A DNA stretch of 15,397 nucleotides from a candidate division WOR-3 bacterium (GCA_039802265.1 JBDRWI010000054.1:1-15397); one strand, 5' to 3'; positions 1 through 6,955 are shown, counted from the stretch's first letter. The notes: generated by a model not told the origin, from the letters alone. Translations and numbers: made by a program.

Positions 1-145
1 TTTGTACATCCAAGTCAACATCTTTTTCTTCAATCAACTCTAATTTAACCTTCGGCTCTCCTTGAGCCGTATCCTTTTCCTGGGCATAAAGCCAAACACT
101 TACTACAAACAAGGCAATGACTGTGGTCAAGATAAACTTACGCAT
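1..145 (-). CDS. Gene A1 (5' part only; runs off the left edge): secreted protein with the constant signal peptide of the A family
   Basis: ATG at 145 preceded by AAAGGAGG. Translates MRKFILTTVIALFVVSVWLYAQEKDTAQGEPKVKLELIEEKDVDLDVQ..., open to the window edge. Bases 1-127 match 5263-5389 (gene A3). Confidence 0.9.
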   Translation of the reverse strand, partial: MRKFILTTVIALFVVSVWLYAQEKDTAQGEPKVKLELIEEKDVDLDVQ

Positions 146-168
146 AAAGCCTCCTTTCACTCTCACCA

Positions 169-321
169 TCATCCTCTCCATTCAAGGAGGACAGAAATGA
201 GGGTTGTTTCCTTAATTGCCTTGAATTCTGATTTGCTAAAAAATAAACAAAAATTTGTTTTAATAAAGTTTGGGGGGGTATATTGCATAATCTTGAGGTT
301 TCTTAAAATCCTTAAATTCAT
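169..321 (-). CDS. Putative leaderless leader peptide (50 aa, MNLRILRNLKIMQYTPPNFIK...WRG) crossing a C7A3 tract
   Basis: ATG at 321 lies 8 nt after the -10 box. Its TGA (169-171) overlaps an ATG in frame with gene A1 (ATGA). Confidence 0.4.
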   Translation of the reverse strand: MNLRILRNLKIMQYTPPNFIKTNFCLFFSKSEFKAIKETTLISVLLEWRG

Positions 322-329
322 TATGATAA

Positions 330-357
330 ATTATATCCATAAATTCCCCTTTGTCAA
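330..357 (-). promoter_or_regulatory. Sigma70-type promoter, TTGACA-N16-TATAAT, for cassette 1
   Basis: Perfect -35 (352-357) and -10 (330-335) hexamers with an A/T-rich upstream segment. Confidence 0.8.
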
Positions 358-1493
358 GAAAAATTTTTGTGTAAATAAAAGCATCTGATACCTGATATTC
401 TGACCACCTTCACCTTCGGATTGAAGTTGTCAACCAAAACTGTATCAACGGCGATTGCTGAATCTCCGGAATGTGCCCAGACCTTGATTGTGGTGATGTA
501 ATAGCCATCAGGAAACCTTGCATCCTCTATTGAATCCGCATTTCCTGTGCCCGCAATATTTATCTTCGTTGGCCAGCAGTTTTCTTGAATGTTGGATAAA
601 CCGTAACCAGACTGGGGAAAACCACTACCACAATTTGTAACAATATACCAGTTGTTAAAATGTCTGGAAAGTGTATCCGCACCGGTATCCGCATAGGTAA
701 TATAATATTTCAACGAATCCGAAATCTTTATTGTATCCCGCATCTCAAACATCTTTCTAAAGGGAATGCTCCCACCGGTAGTTAAAGGTTCCACACCATA
801 ACCAATCGCATAGACACCACAACAAGGGTTCAATTCAACATCCGTATGTGCCTTTACAATAATATCAACCGAATCCCTTAAATAAGTTGTCTCGTAAGAA
901 TTAGTTATACTTTCTAATTTGTCTTTGACATAATAAATCTTCCAGGGATGGTGGGGCGTGCCCAAACGCTCATCAATATAAGAAACTTGAGAAGGTGAAG
1001 GGGAAAGGCTATCCAAAGGATTTAAATAACCCGTGAGTTCAGAATAGTCATTATTGCTGCGCTGAAAATGAAGATGGTCATTGTTAAAAGCTTGAAACCG
1101 CGCAACACACCCCAGACTATCACCGATATGAACGCTATCGCCTCTGCGAAGTGCAGTATCAGGATGAATATGTCCGTAATGCCAGGCCAAAGATTGGAGA
1201 GTATCCAGTGCGATGTTTATAAAACCACTATCACTCTCGGTTCCTAGGCGAATGAAAGACACTACACCATCTATAACCGCCCGAACAGTTGTACCCGAAT
1301 CTGCAGGAATATCCACACCACCGTGAAATCCCATGGTTGTATCAGGATGCACTTTGAATCCATTCCAATCGCCGTAGGTCTTGTTTATCGTATGAGATGC
1401 ATTTTGGGGTGCTATTGGCCAGGGTATACCATTTGTAAGGTTGATAAAGATTAAGCAGAGAATTATTAGAATTATAACTTTATTTTTCTTCAT
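354..1493 (-). CDS. Gene B1: secreted M23-family zinc metallopeptidase domain protein, apparently C-terminally truncated (379 aa)
   Basis: Likely start MKKNKVIILIILCL at 1493 after GGAGGTG, overlapping the A2 stop. Motifs HGGVD (1311-1325), YGH, HLHF (1068-1076) and NPL. The last codons read into the promoter repeat and the TGA stop lies inside TTGACA. Confidence 0.85.
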   Translation of the reverse strand: MKKNKVIILIILCLIFINLTNGIPWPIAPQNASHTINKTYGDWNGFKVHPDTTMGFHGGVDIPADSGTTVRAVIDGVVSFIRLGTESDSGFINIALDTLQSLAWHYGHIHPDTALRRGDSVHIGDSLGCVARFQAFNNDHLHFQRSNNDYSELTGYLNPLDSLSPSPSQVSYIDERLGTPHHPWKIYYVKDKLESITNSYETTYLRDSVDIIVKAHTDVELNPCCGVYAIGYGVEPLTTGGSIPFRKMFEMRDTIKISDSLKYYITYADTGADTLSRHFNNWYIVTNCGSGFPQSGYGLSNIQENCWPTKINIAGTGNADSIEDARFPDGYYITTIKVWAHSGDSAIAVDTVLVDNFNPKVKVVRISGIRCFYLHKNFS

Positions 1494-2874
1494 CTGACAC
1501 CTCCGAAGAGATTTTATAAATGAGCAACTCCGGCTCAGAACTCGGAAGAAAGAAGTAGCCCGACGGAGAGAGTCCAATTGCATTTTTTAACTCATGCGAA
1601 CCATCCCATATAATGTTACCCCGGACATCTAATAAATATGCTGGATGATGCTCTGCGACTTGCGAAATAAAAAATATTGCACGTCCACCTTTTGACACTA
1701 TTGGTTTTTTATAAGAATGACCACCAAGGACTTTTTGCCATAAGATCTCACCATTATCAGTTCGAACAAAATATGTAGTGTCTTTATGTGTCCTCAATAT
1801 AAGGTAGCGTCCGTCATACGAAAAAGCCGGATAGTATGCGGCATGGTTATACGTATTGACAAGAACACCTTTCTCATTAAGCAAGAAAATCCCCGATACA
1901 GATGCAGCTACATATTTATGATTGGGAGATACTCCAATGCATGGAATAGTGTGAGGCCAGTTACCACGCAATTCCGTCCCCCATAACTTATTACCGTTTC
2001 TGTCATAAGCGACAACCGCCATTACAGCAGTGTCATTTTGCCTAGTTTTTGTTAATGCACAAAACATCTCACCATCGGCTGACATATCGTGAGATCCTTG
2101 TGGACCCCAAAGACCACTAACTTTCTTTATCTCATTACCATGTTCATCGTAAAAAATCACTGAACTGAAAAAATGATAACCCGGAACTCCTACTGCCACC
2201 CGCCCATCATTAGATATGTACCTCGGAGGCTCCATATCTTCTCTTTCCCACAACACCTTTCCATCTTCGGTCTCCATCATAATGAATTTCTTATATTCTT
2301 TTTTCTTACTCATGGTAACTTCTTTTATCTTATCATTGAGACTGTCGCTAATCCTCAACCAATAGTGCATACTATCTCTGTATTCGGGTATTTTCTTCTC
2401 GGTCTCGCGCTCCCATTTTGTCTGCCATTGGGAATACCTCTTATATGCATCTAACCATTCGTCCCTCAACTTTTTAACTTCGTCAGCCGTCATTCCACCA
2501 TAATCCGTATGCGCCGCGTAGACAATCATATACTTTAGATTTTGTGAAGTTGTAATTGATTGTAAGTCGTCAGGTAGTTTTATCGCCTTACCATCATTTA
2601 TATATAAAACCTTTTCTCTTCTGGCAATCTCAATACGCAGACTATTCAAAAGCCAGTCTTTGTCTTCTTGAGGGATTTCTTTATCTTCCAGGATTTGTCT
2701 TATCTCCGGCGGAGGAAAACCCTCAGGACCAGCCATCAATTCACCCAATTCCTTTTTGTAAACTAACTCCAATTTTACCTTCGGCTCTCCTTGAGCCGTA
2801 TCCTTTTCCTGGGCATAAAGCCAAACACTTACTACAAACAAAGCAATGACTGTGGTCAAGATAAACTTACGCAT
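1480..2874 (-). CDS. Gene A2: secreted beta-propeller-like (PQQ/WD40-type) protein, 464 aa from MRKF
   Basis: AAAGGAGG RBS and Sec signal peptide ending LYA|Q. Repeated blade motifs DGKVLW, NGNKLW, NGEILW, RGNIIW, plus a charged helical insertion. An alternative in-frame ATG is at 2901. Confidence 0.85.
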   Translation of the reverse strand: MRKFILTTVIALFVVSVWLYAQEKDTAQGEPKVKLELVYKKELGELMAGPEGFPPPEIRQILEDKEIPQEDKDWLLNSLRIEIARREKVLYINDGKAIKLPDDLQSITTSQNLKYMIVYAAHTDYGGMTADEVKKLRDEWLDAYKRYSQWQTKWERETEKKIPEYRDSMHYWLRISDSLNDKIKEVTMSKKKEYKKFIMMETEDGKVLWEREDMEPPRYISNDGRVAVGVPGYHFFSSVIFYDEHGNEIKKVSGLWGPQGSHDMSADGEMFCALTKTRQNDTAVMAVVAYDRNGNKLWGTELRGNWPHTIPCIGVSPNHKYVAASVSGIFLLNEKGVLVNTYNHAAYYPAFSYDGRYLILRTHKDTTYFVRTDNGEILWQKVLGGHSYKKPIVSKGGRAIFFISQVAEHHPAYLLDVRGNIIWDGSHELKNAIGLSPSGYFFLPSSEPELLIYKISSEVSDEEK

Positions 2875-3052
2875 AAAGCCTCCTTTCACCCTCACTATCA
2901 TCCTCTCCCTTCAAGGGAGAGGGCAGGGGTGAGGGTTGTTTCCTTAATTGCCTTGAATTCTGATTTGCTAAAAGATAAACAAAAATTTGTTTTAATAGAG
3001 TTGGGGGGGTATATTGCATAATCTTGAGGTTTCTTAAAATCCTTAAATTCAT
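2867..3052 (-). CDS. Putative leader peptide, copy 2 (61 aa), crossing a C7A2 tract
   Basis: Same ATG position relative to the -10 box as in copies 1 and 3. The shorter tract shifts the frame, so the stop overlaps the A2 start (ATGCGTAA). Confidence 0.4.
   Translation of the reverse strand: MNLRILRNLKIMQYTPPTLLKQIFVYLLANQNSRQLRKQPSPLPSPLKGEDDSEGERRLYA
2888..2936. repeat. REP-like GC-rich hairpin immediately upstream of the gene A2 RBS
   Basis: Inner stem CCTCTCCCT/AGGGAGAGG (2902-2922) and outer stem ACCCTCAC/GTGAGGGT. Resembles the widespread CCCTCACCCCxxCCCTCTCCC-Nx-GGGAGAGGG palindrome. Confidence 0.8.
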
Positions 3053-3060
3053 TATGATAA

Positions 3061-3088
3061 ATTATATCCATAAATTGCCCTTTGTCAC
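3061..3088 (-). promoter_or_regulatory. Promoter copy 2, GTGACA-N16-TATAAT
   Basis: -10 at 3061-3066 and -35 at 3083-3088 with a T>G change relative to copy 1. Confidence 0.65.
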
Positions 3089-4125
3089 GCAAAAAATTTT
3101 GATATCTGCGGCAATCACCTTGACCCAATAATAGCCATCTTTAAATCTTGCCTCTTCTATTGAATCCGCATTCGCTGTCCAGGTCTTGTTTATTTTTGTT
3201 GGCCAACAATTTTCTTTTACATTACTTAATGCACCAACTATTACCTGAAAAGTATCCCGATTGGTCACAATGTATGGGTTAGCTTGCGCAGCAAGATAAT
3301 TCCAATTGGTTCTATACCCCTTAGCATAAACCAAATCCCGCTTTATCGTATCTGTTGCCTCATCACTCGCCAAGTTACCAAAATCCATTAACCAATAGCG
3401 GGGGATTACTATATTACCACGGATGTCACTAACTGCATAACTTATTGCCTCAATACCACTTTGATCATTTCCCTCCAGGACATTATGAGCCTTTACAATA
3501 ATATCCACAGAATCGTGAAGCCACACATAGTTAAGGGGACTCTTTTGCGATAAGTTATCTAAGGTATCGGGACTTCTGTCTTTACGGTAAGTAATAGTAT
3601 CAATAATTGGTGTTGATGTGGGAGGGGGAGTGAGATAATCAAGCGGATGTTCAATATTAACCAGTTCCCAGATTTTCATCAAATGAAGGTGGTCAGTTTT
3701 GCCACCAACAGAATCAGGCCAATCACAAACCTTACCGAGATAAAAATTAGTAGTCGGAATTACAGTCGCATTTGTTGAATCTTTTAATGCTGTCCTATAA
3801 GTAGTATCAATGGCATAAAGGTGGGCGTAACGCCAGTAATAATGGTATCAGAGACTGAGGTAGAAATATCTATCCTACCTGCGTTTAAGTTTAATGAATC
3901 TGCATTTGATGTGTAATCCCTAACAACCCCAATGATTACAGCCATGACTGTGTCCCCAACGGCGGCCGGTATATCAACGGCATTGTGAAAACCAGCCCAT
4001 CCAACATAATCACCCATAGTATAACTTATTGGAAGTGCTACATTTTGTGGCTCAAAAGGCCAAACTACTTGTCCAAGTAAAATACTACAGAAAGCTAAAT
4101 AAGGAATAAGAACCTGTCTTCCCAT
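3062..4125 (-). pseudogene. Gene B2: M23 peptidase domain protein, frameshifted and C-terminally truncated
   Basis: 5' frame has a signal peptide and FHNAVD (H-D codons 3973-3987). After a one-base shift at ~3835-3847 the frame reads YYWRYAHL...GKTDHLHLMKIW...HPLDYL and continues into ORF 3062-3682, ending ADSIEEARFKDGYYWVKVIAADI and then promoter-repeat sequence. Confidence 0.88.
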
Positions 4126-4126
4126 G

Positions 4127-5407
4127 TTAATCCTCCCTGCTTTTTATCTTAATCTTATAATATTTCTTTGGGTGATGCGCCACTACAATAATTTCATCAC
4201 TGGCGACGAAGTCTATATCAATTGTTGTTTCTCGTGTAAAAGTCGGCAATTCGGTTTTGGCAAGAAATCCGGTCTTTACATCAAAAAGAAAAACCCACCG
4301 TTTACCTCCACCAAAAGCAAAGGCGGCAATTAAACTATCATTTTTTGAGAAGACACACTTCACAATCTCAGGTAGTCCTTGTGTTTCCTCCCATTGCCAC
4401 TGCCAGATAATGCCTCCTTTGATACCGTCTAATAAATAAACGTAAGTCGGCCTCTTTTCTACTCTATCTTCCCACACAACAATGAAGTTGCCAGTGAGAG
4501 AATTACTCATAATAAATCCGCCACCCTTTTTGTCAACTATTGGCTCAAACTTTTGTAGTAGTCGTCCACTTTGATCTACAAAAATAACTCCTTCATAATA
4601 TGACTGACCGATTATTCGATCGGTAAACACAAAGCACGGTTTTCCAGGATCTGAAGGAATAAAATGCTTTCCCTCTGCAATATATTTCCACAATTCATTG
4701 CCATTTTTATCAAATGCATATATAACATCATTTTTGCTGATACCACCAGGGGTATCGCCTGGAGTCGTAACTATAAACATTTCACTGTTAGGCGTCCAGC
4801 CCGCTGACCAAGTATATGGATGCGGTAAGTCAAAAACTTTTCTTAAACTCCCATCTCTACCATCGTAAAAATACAGTTTCGTGGCTTTATAATAAGGAAG
4901 GTGTTCTGTGTCTTTAAAGACTACGATTCTTGAACCATCATTACTAATATTGACTTTAATTGTGTAAGGAGGAGATGGCGGTAGCCACAATATCCCTTTA
5001 TCATCTTTGCGATAAAGTTCCCAAATTTTTATGCCTAGTGAATCAAAAAATATAAATCTATCTGCATTGTCACCAAATTCACCATAAGGAAGGTAACGAA
5101 TACCGATAAATTTACCATTTGATGAAGAATACACATCACACCAAGGATATGCATGATCGGGCATCTGTATTTCTTGAAATATGTGCTTATTCTTTGAAAA
5201 GAAAATAACCGTTTTCTTATCTCCGATGACAAACGATTTCCCTTGCATCAGTGCAATTTCCATTTGTACATCCAAGTCAACATCTTTTTCTTCAATCAAC
5301 TCTAATTTAACCTTCGGCTCTCCTTGAGCCGTATCCTTTTCCTGGGCATAAAGCCAAACACTTACTACAAACAAGGCAATGACTGTGGTTAAAATAAATC
5401 TACGCAT
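4127..5407 (-). CDS. Gene A3: secreted beta-propeller-like (PQQ/WD40-type) protein, 426 aa from MRRF
   Basis: Same RBS and signal peptide as A1/A2. Blade motifs DSLGIKIW, DKNGNELWKY, DQSGRLL, GGIIWQW, FDVKTG. Stop lies 1 nt before the B2 ATG. Confidence 0.85.
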   Translation of the reverse strand: MRRFILTTVIALFVVSVWLYAQEKDTAQGEPKVKLELIEEKDVDLDVQMEIALMQGKSFVIGDKKTVIFFSKNKHIFQEIQMPDHAYPWCDVYSSSNGKFIGIRYLPYGEFGDNADRFIFFDSLGIKIWELYRKDDKGILWLPPSPPYTIKVNISNDGSRIVVFKDTEHLPYYKATKLYFYDGRDGSLRKVFDLPHPYTWSAGWTPNSEMFIVTTPGDTPGGISKNDVIYAFDKNGNELWKYIAEGKHFIPSDPGKPCFVFTDRIIGQSYYEGVIFVDQSGRLLQKFEPIVDKKGGGFIMSNSLTGNFIVVWEDRVEKRPTYVYLLDGIKGGIIWQWQWEETQGLPEIVKCVFSKNDSLIAAFAFGGGKRWVFLFDVKTGFLAKTELPTFTRETTIDIDFVASDEIIVVAHHPKKYYKIKIKSRED

Positions 5408-5430
5408 AAAGCCTCCTTCCACCCTCACCA

Positions 5431-5592
5431 TCATCCTCTCCCTCCAAGGGAGAGGGCAGGGGTGAGGGTTGTTTCCTTAATTGCCTTGAATTCTGATTTG
5501 CTAAAAGATAAACAAAAATTTGTTTTAATAAAGTTTTTTTTGGGGGGGGTATATTGCATAAACCTGAGGTCTCTTAAAATCCTTAAATTCAT
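5431..5592 (-). CDS. Putative leader peptide, copy 3 (53 aa, MNLRILRDLRFMQYTPPKKNFIK...GGRG)
   Basis: ATG 8 nt after the -10 box, crossing C8A8. TGA overlaps the ATG at 5434 that is in frame with A3. Confidence 0.4.
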   Translation of the reverse strand: MNLRILRDLRFMQYTPPKKNFIKTNFCLSFSKSEFKAIKETTLTPALSLGGRG

Positions 5593-5600
5593 TATGATAA

Positions 5601-5628
5601 ATTATATCCATAAATTGCCCTATGTCAC
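5601..5628 (-). promoter_or_regulatory. Promoter copy 3, GTGACA-N16-TATAAT
   Basis: -10 at 5601-5606 and -35 at 5623-5628. Confidence 0.65.
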
Positions 5629-5850
5629 GCAAAAAATTTTGATATCTGCGGCAATCACCTTGACCCAATAATAGCCATCTTTAAATCTTGCATCTTCTAT
5701 TGAATCCGCATCAACCGAATCCGGCTAACCAAGTTTCTGTTTGGTGTTCCAGTAGCGGTCAACTACCTGATTATTCACAATCCGGTTCGTAATCCAGTAA
5801 TAAAAAGGGCTTGCTGCTGTATAATTATGTCGGTCGTAAACAAGTAAAAC
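5620..5850 (-). pseudogene. Gene B3 remnant (3' anchor region of a third B allele)
   Basis: Manual translation: VLLVYDRHNYTAASPFYYWITNRIVNNQVVDRYWNTKQKLG*PDSVDADSIEDARFKDGYYWVKVIAADI. In-frame TAG at 5725-5727. No start, signal peptide or M23 domain upstream. The 5' boundary is approximate. Confidence 0.82.
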
Positions 5851-5887
5851 CGGTGCACAATTGCCAGCCCTAATTAGTCGCCCACGA

Positions 5888-6031
5888 TGTCATTGCAACC
5901 CCTTGCCAACTCTTCTTGGTCTCAGTAGAGAAAACAGGGGCGTGGCACTCTCATAATTTAGCCACTAGCAGTTGGCTATTAGCCAATAGCAAACATGAAA
6001 TTGCTTTGTCGCTTCACTCCTCGCAATGACA
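5888..6031. mobile_element. Degenerate MITE/REP-like palindromic element (TGTCATTGC...GCAATGACA type)
   Basis: 9-bp terminal inverted repeats. The right arm ATTGCTTTGTCGCTTCACTCCTCGCAATGACA resembles a common GTCATTGCGA-type palindromic repeat. Internal 7-mer run TAGCCAC TAGCAGT TGGCTAT TAGCCAA TAGCAAA. Confidence 0.65.
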
Positions 6032-6147
6032 AAAAGGAAAAACAGAGTGTTAAAATTTTTTATGCTCAAAAAATGGTATAAAACCGCTCTGGTACTGCAC
6101 TTGACCGGAGTTCATCAAAAGGAGTATGAATAATCCGGGCTAATCTC

Positions 6148-6175
6148 TTTACAATTTCTTTTTTTTCGTTATAAT
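6148..6175 (+). promoter_or_regulatory. Sigma70-type promoter, TTTACA-N16-TATAAT, giving a probably leaderless mRNA
   Basis: ATG at 6182 is 6 nt after the -10 box, with no Shine-Dalgarno. T8 run in the spacer (6159-6166). Confidence 0.7.
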
Positions 6176-6181
6176 AAAGCA

Positions 6182-6955
6182 ATGAATTTCATTACAATAT
6201 ATTTTAGTATTATATTTGCAGGAACTTATACTTCTCCGATTTGTAATCTAACCGCCACTAAAATAGATAGCATTCAGCAATCAGAAGACCGATCTTCGTG
6301 TCTTACACAAAGTGTAGTATTCTGTGCTTCAAATATACCGCCTATGTTTACATTGATTGATACGAATTCATATTGGTCTTTGACGATTGCCTCGGTATAT
6401 GGTTATTCATGGTTGCTCAGAAAATCACTAAGGAAATTTTCGGATAAAATTCCCCTGCCCCTTGGTTTGAAATTCGCAATATGGGGAGAAGGTTCAGGCA
6501 TGCTCTTAGAAAGTTTTGCAATAATGGATAATTTTAGACTTCCGGACAGCGAAAAGATACTTTTACACCCGGATACAAAGACTGACCTTTATCTCGCCTC
6601 GGGTTTCTACGCACCGTTTGTATGTACATGGTCTTTCCTTGCTAACAAATACGATTACACACCACGGGATATATTCATTATCTCCGGGCTTAGCGGTATT
6701 GTAATAGAGCAATCCGGTGCGATATTCAAATCTTTCAACCCTGTTGCCTGGGGATATGTCTTTTTGGTCTATGGCTCCTACCAGGCATTGCCAGGATTGC
6801 TCGTAGAAAACCAATTAAAACAAAAGCAGCGGATAAAATTATCCTGGCAGAAAAAATACTTGTATGGCTTTGGTGGTCAGGCGGTCTCTTTTGTTCTTGC
6901 AGGTGCTACGATCTACGCACTGGCAAAATTCGGCAATGTCCAGTTTGAAAAATGA
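6182..6955 (+). CDS. Hypothetical multi-pass membrane protein (257 aa)
   Basis: Only long + strand ORF. Hydrophobic N-terminus and several hydrophobic segments (e.g. IFIISGLSGIVIEQ, VAWGYVFLVYG, YGFGGQAVSFVLAGATIYALA). Confidence 0.8.
   Translation: MNFITIYFSIIFAGTYTSPICNLTATKIDSIQQSEDRSSCLTQSVVFCASNIPPMFTLIDTNSYWSLTIASVYGYSWLLRKSLRKFSDKIPLPLGLKFAIWGEGSGMLLESFAIMDNFRLPDSEKILLHPDTKTDLYLASGFYAPFVCTWSFLANKYDYTPRDIFIISGLSGIVIEQSGAIFKSFNPVAWGYVFLVYGSYQALPGLLVENQLKQKQRIKLSWQKKYLYGFGGQAVSFVLAGATIYALAKFGNVQFEK

Larger units (their letters stand above)
36..368. repeat. Cassette-boundary direct repeat, copy 1 (promoter, leader, RBS, signal-peptide coding sequence)
   Basis: Near-identical to 2765-3100 and 5298-5640. 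Identity with copy 3 extends to base 1. Confidence 0.97.
2765..3171. repeat. Cassette-boundary direct repeat, copy 2 (includes the 3' anchor of gene B2)
   Basis: Matches 36-368 in the core and 5298-5711 over its full length. 3061-3171 versus 5601-5711 differ at 2 positions. Confidence 0.97.
5263..5711. repeat. Cassette-boundary direct repeat, copy 3
   Basis: Matches 1-368 and 2765-3171. Carries the longest tract (T8G8 on +, 5534-5549) and a hairpin at 5421-5469. Confidence 0.97.

Noticed and set aside
245..260. AAACAAA-AA-TTTGTTT inverted repeat in the leader as an operator
   Set aside because: It is present in all three copies only as part of the larger repeat, is low complexity and has no independent support.
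1494..1583. ORF-track N-terminal extension of B1
   Set aside because: It overlaps A2 by about 100 nt. The ATG at 1493 has GGAGGTG upstream and is followed directly by a signal peptide.
62..5671. + strand ORFs 62-388, 2791-3021 and 5462-5671
   Set aside because: They are antisense shadows of the repeat. Their similarity comes from the DNA repeat, their lengths vary with the homopolymer tract, and they have no convincing RBS.
1..5711. Diversity-generating retroelement (template/variable repeats)
   Set aside because: No reverse transcriptase in the window. Differences between copies are not adenine-specific, and the repeats cover promoter and signal-peptide sequence.
1..5711. Integron cassette array or shufflon
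   Set aside because: No integrase or invertase is visible. The repeats are direct, over 300 bp long, include promoter and coding sequence, and I see no attC-type RYYYAAC/GTTRRRY structure.
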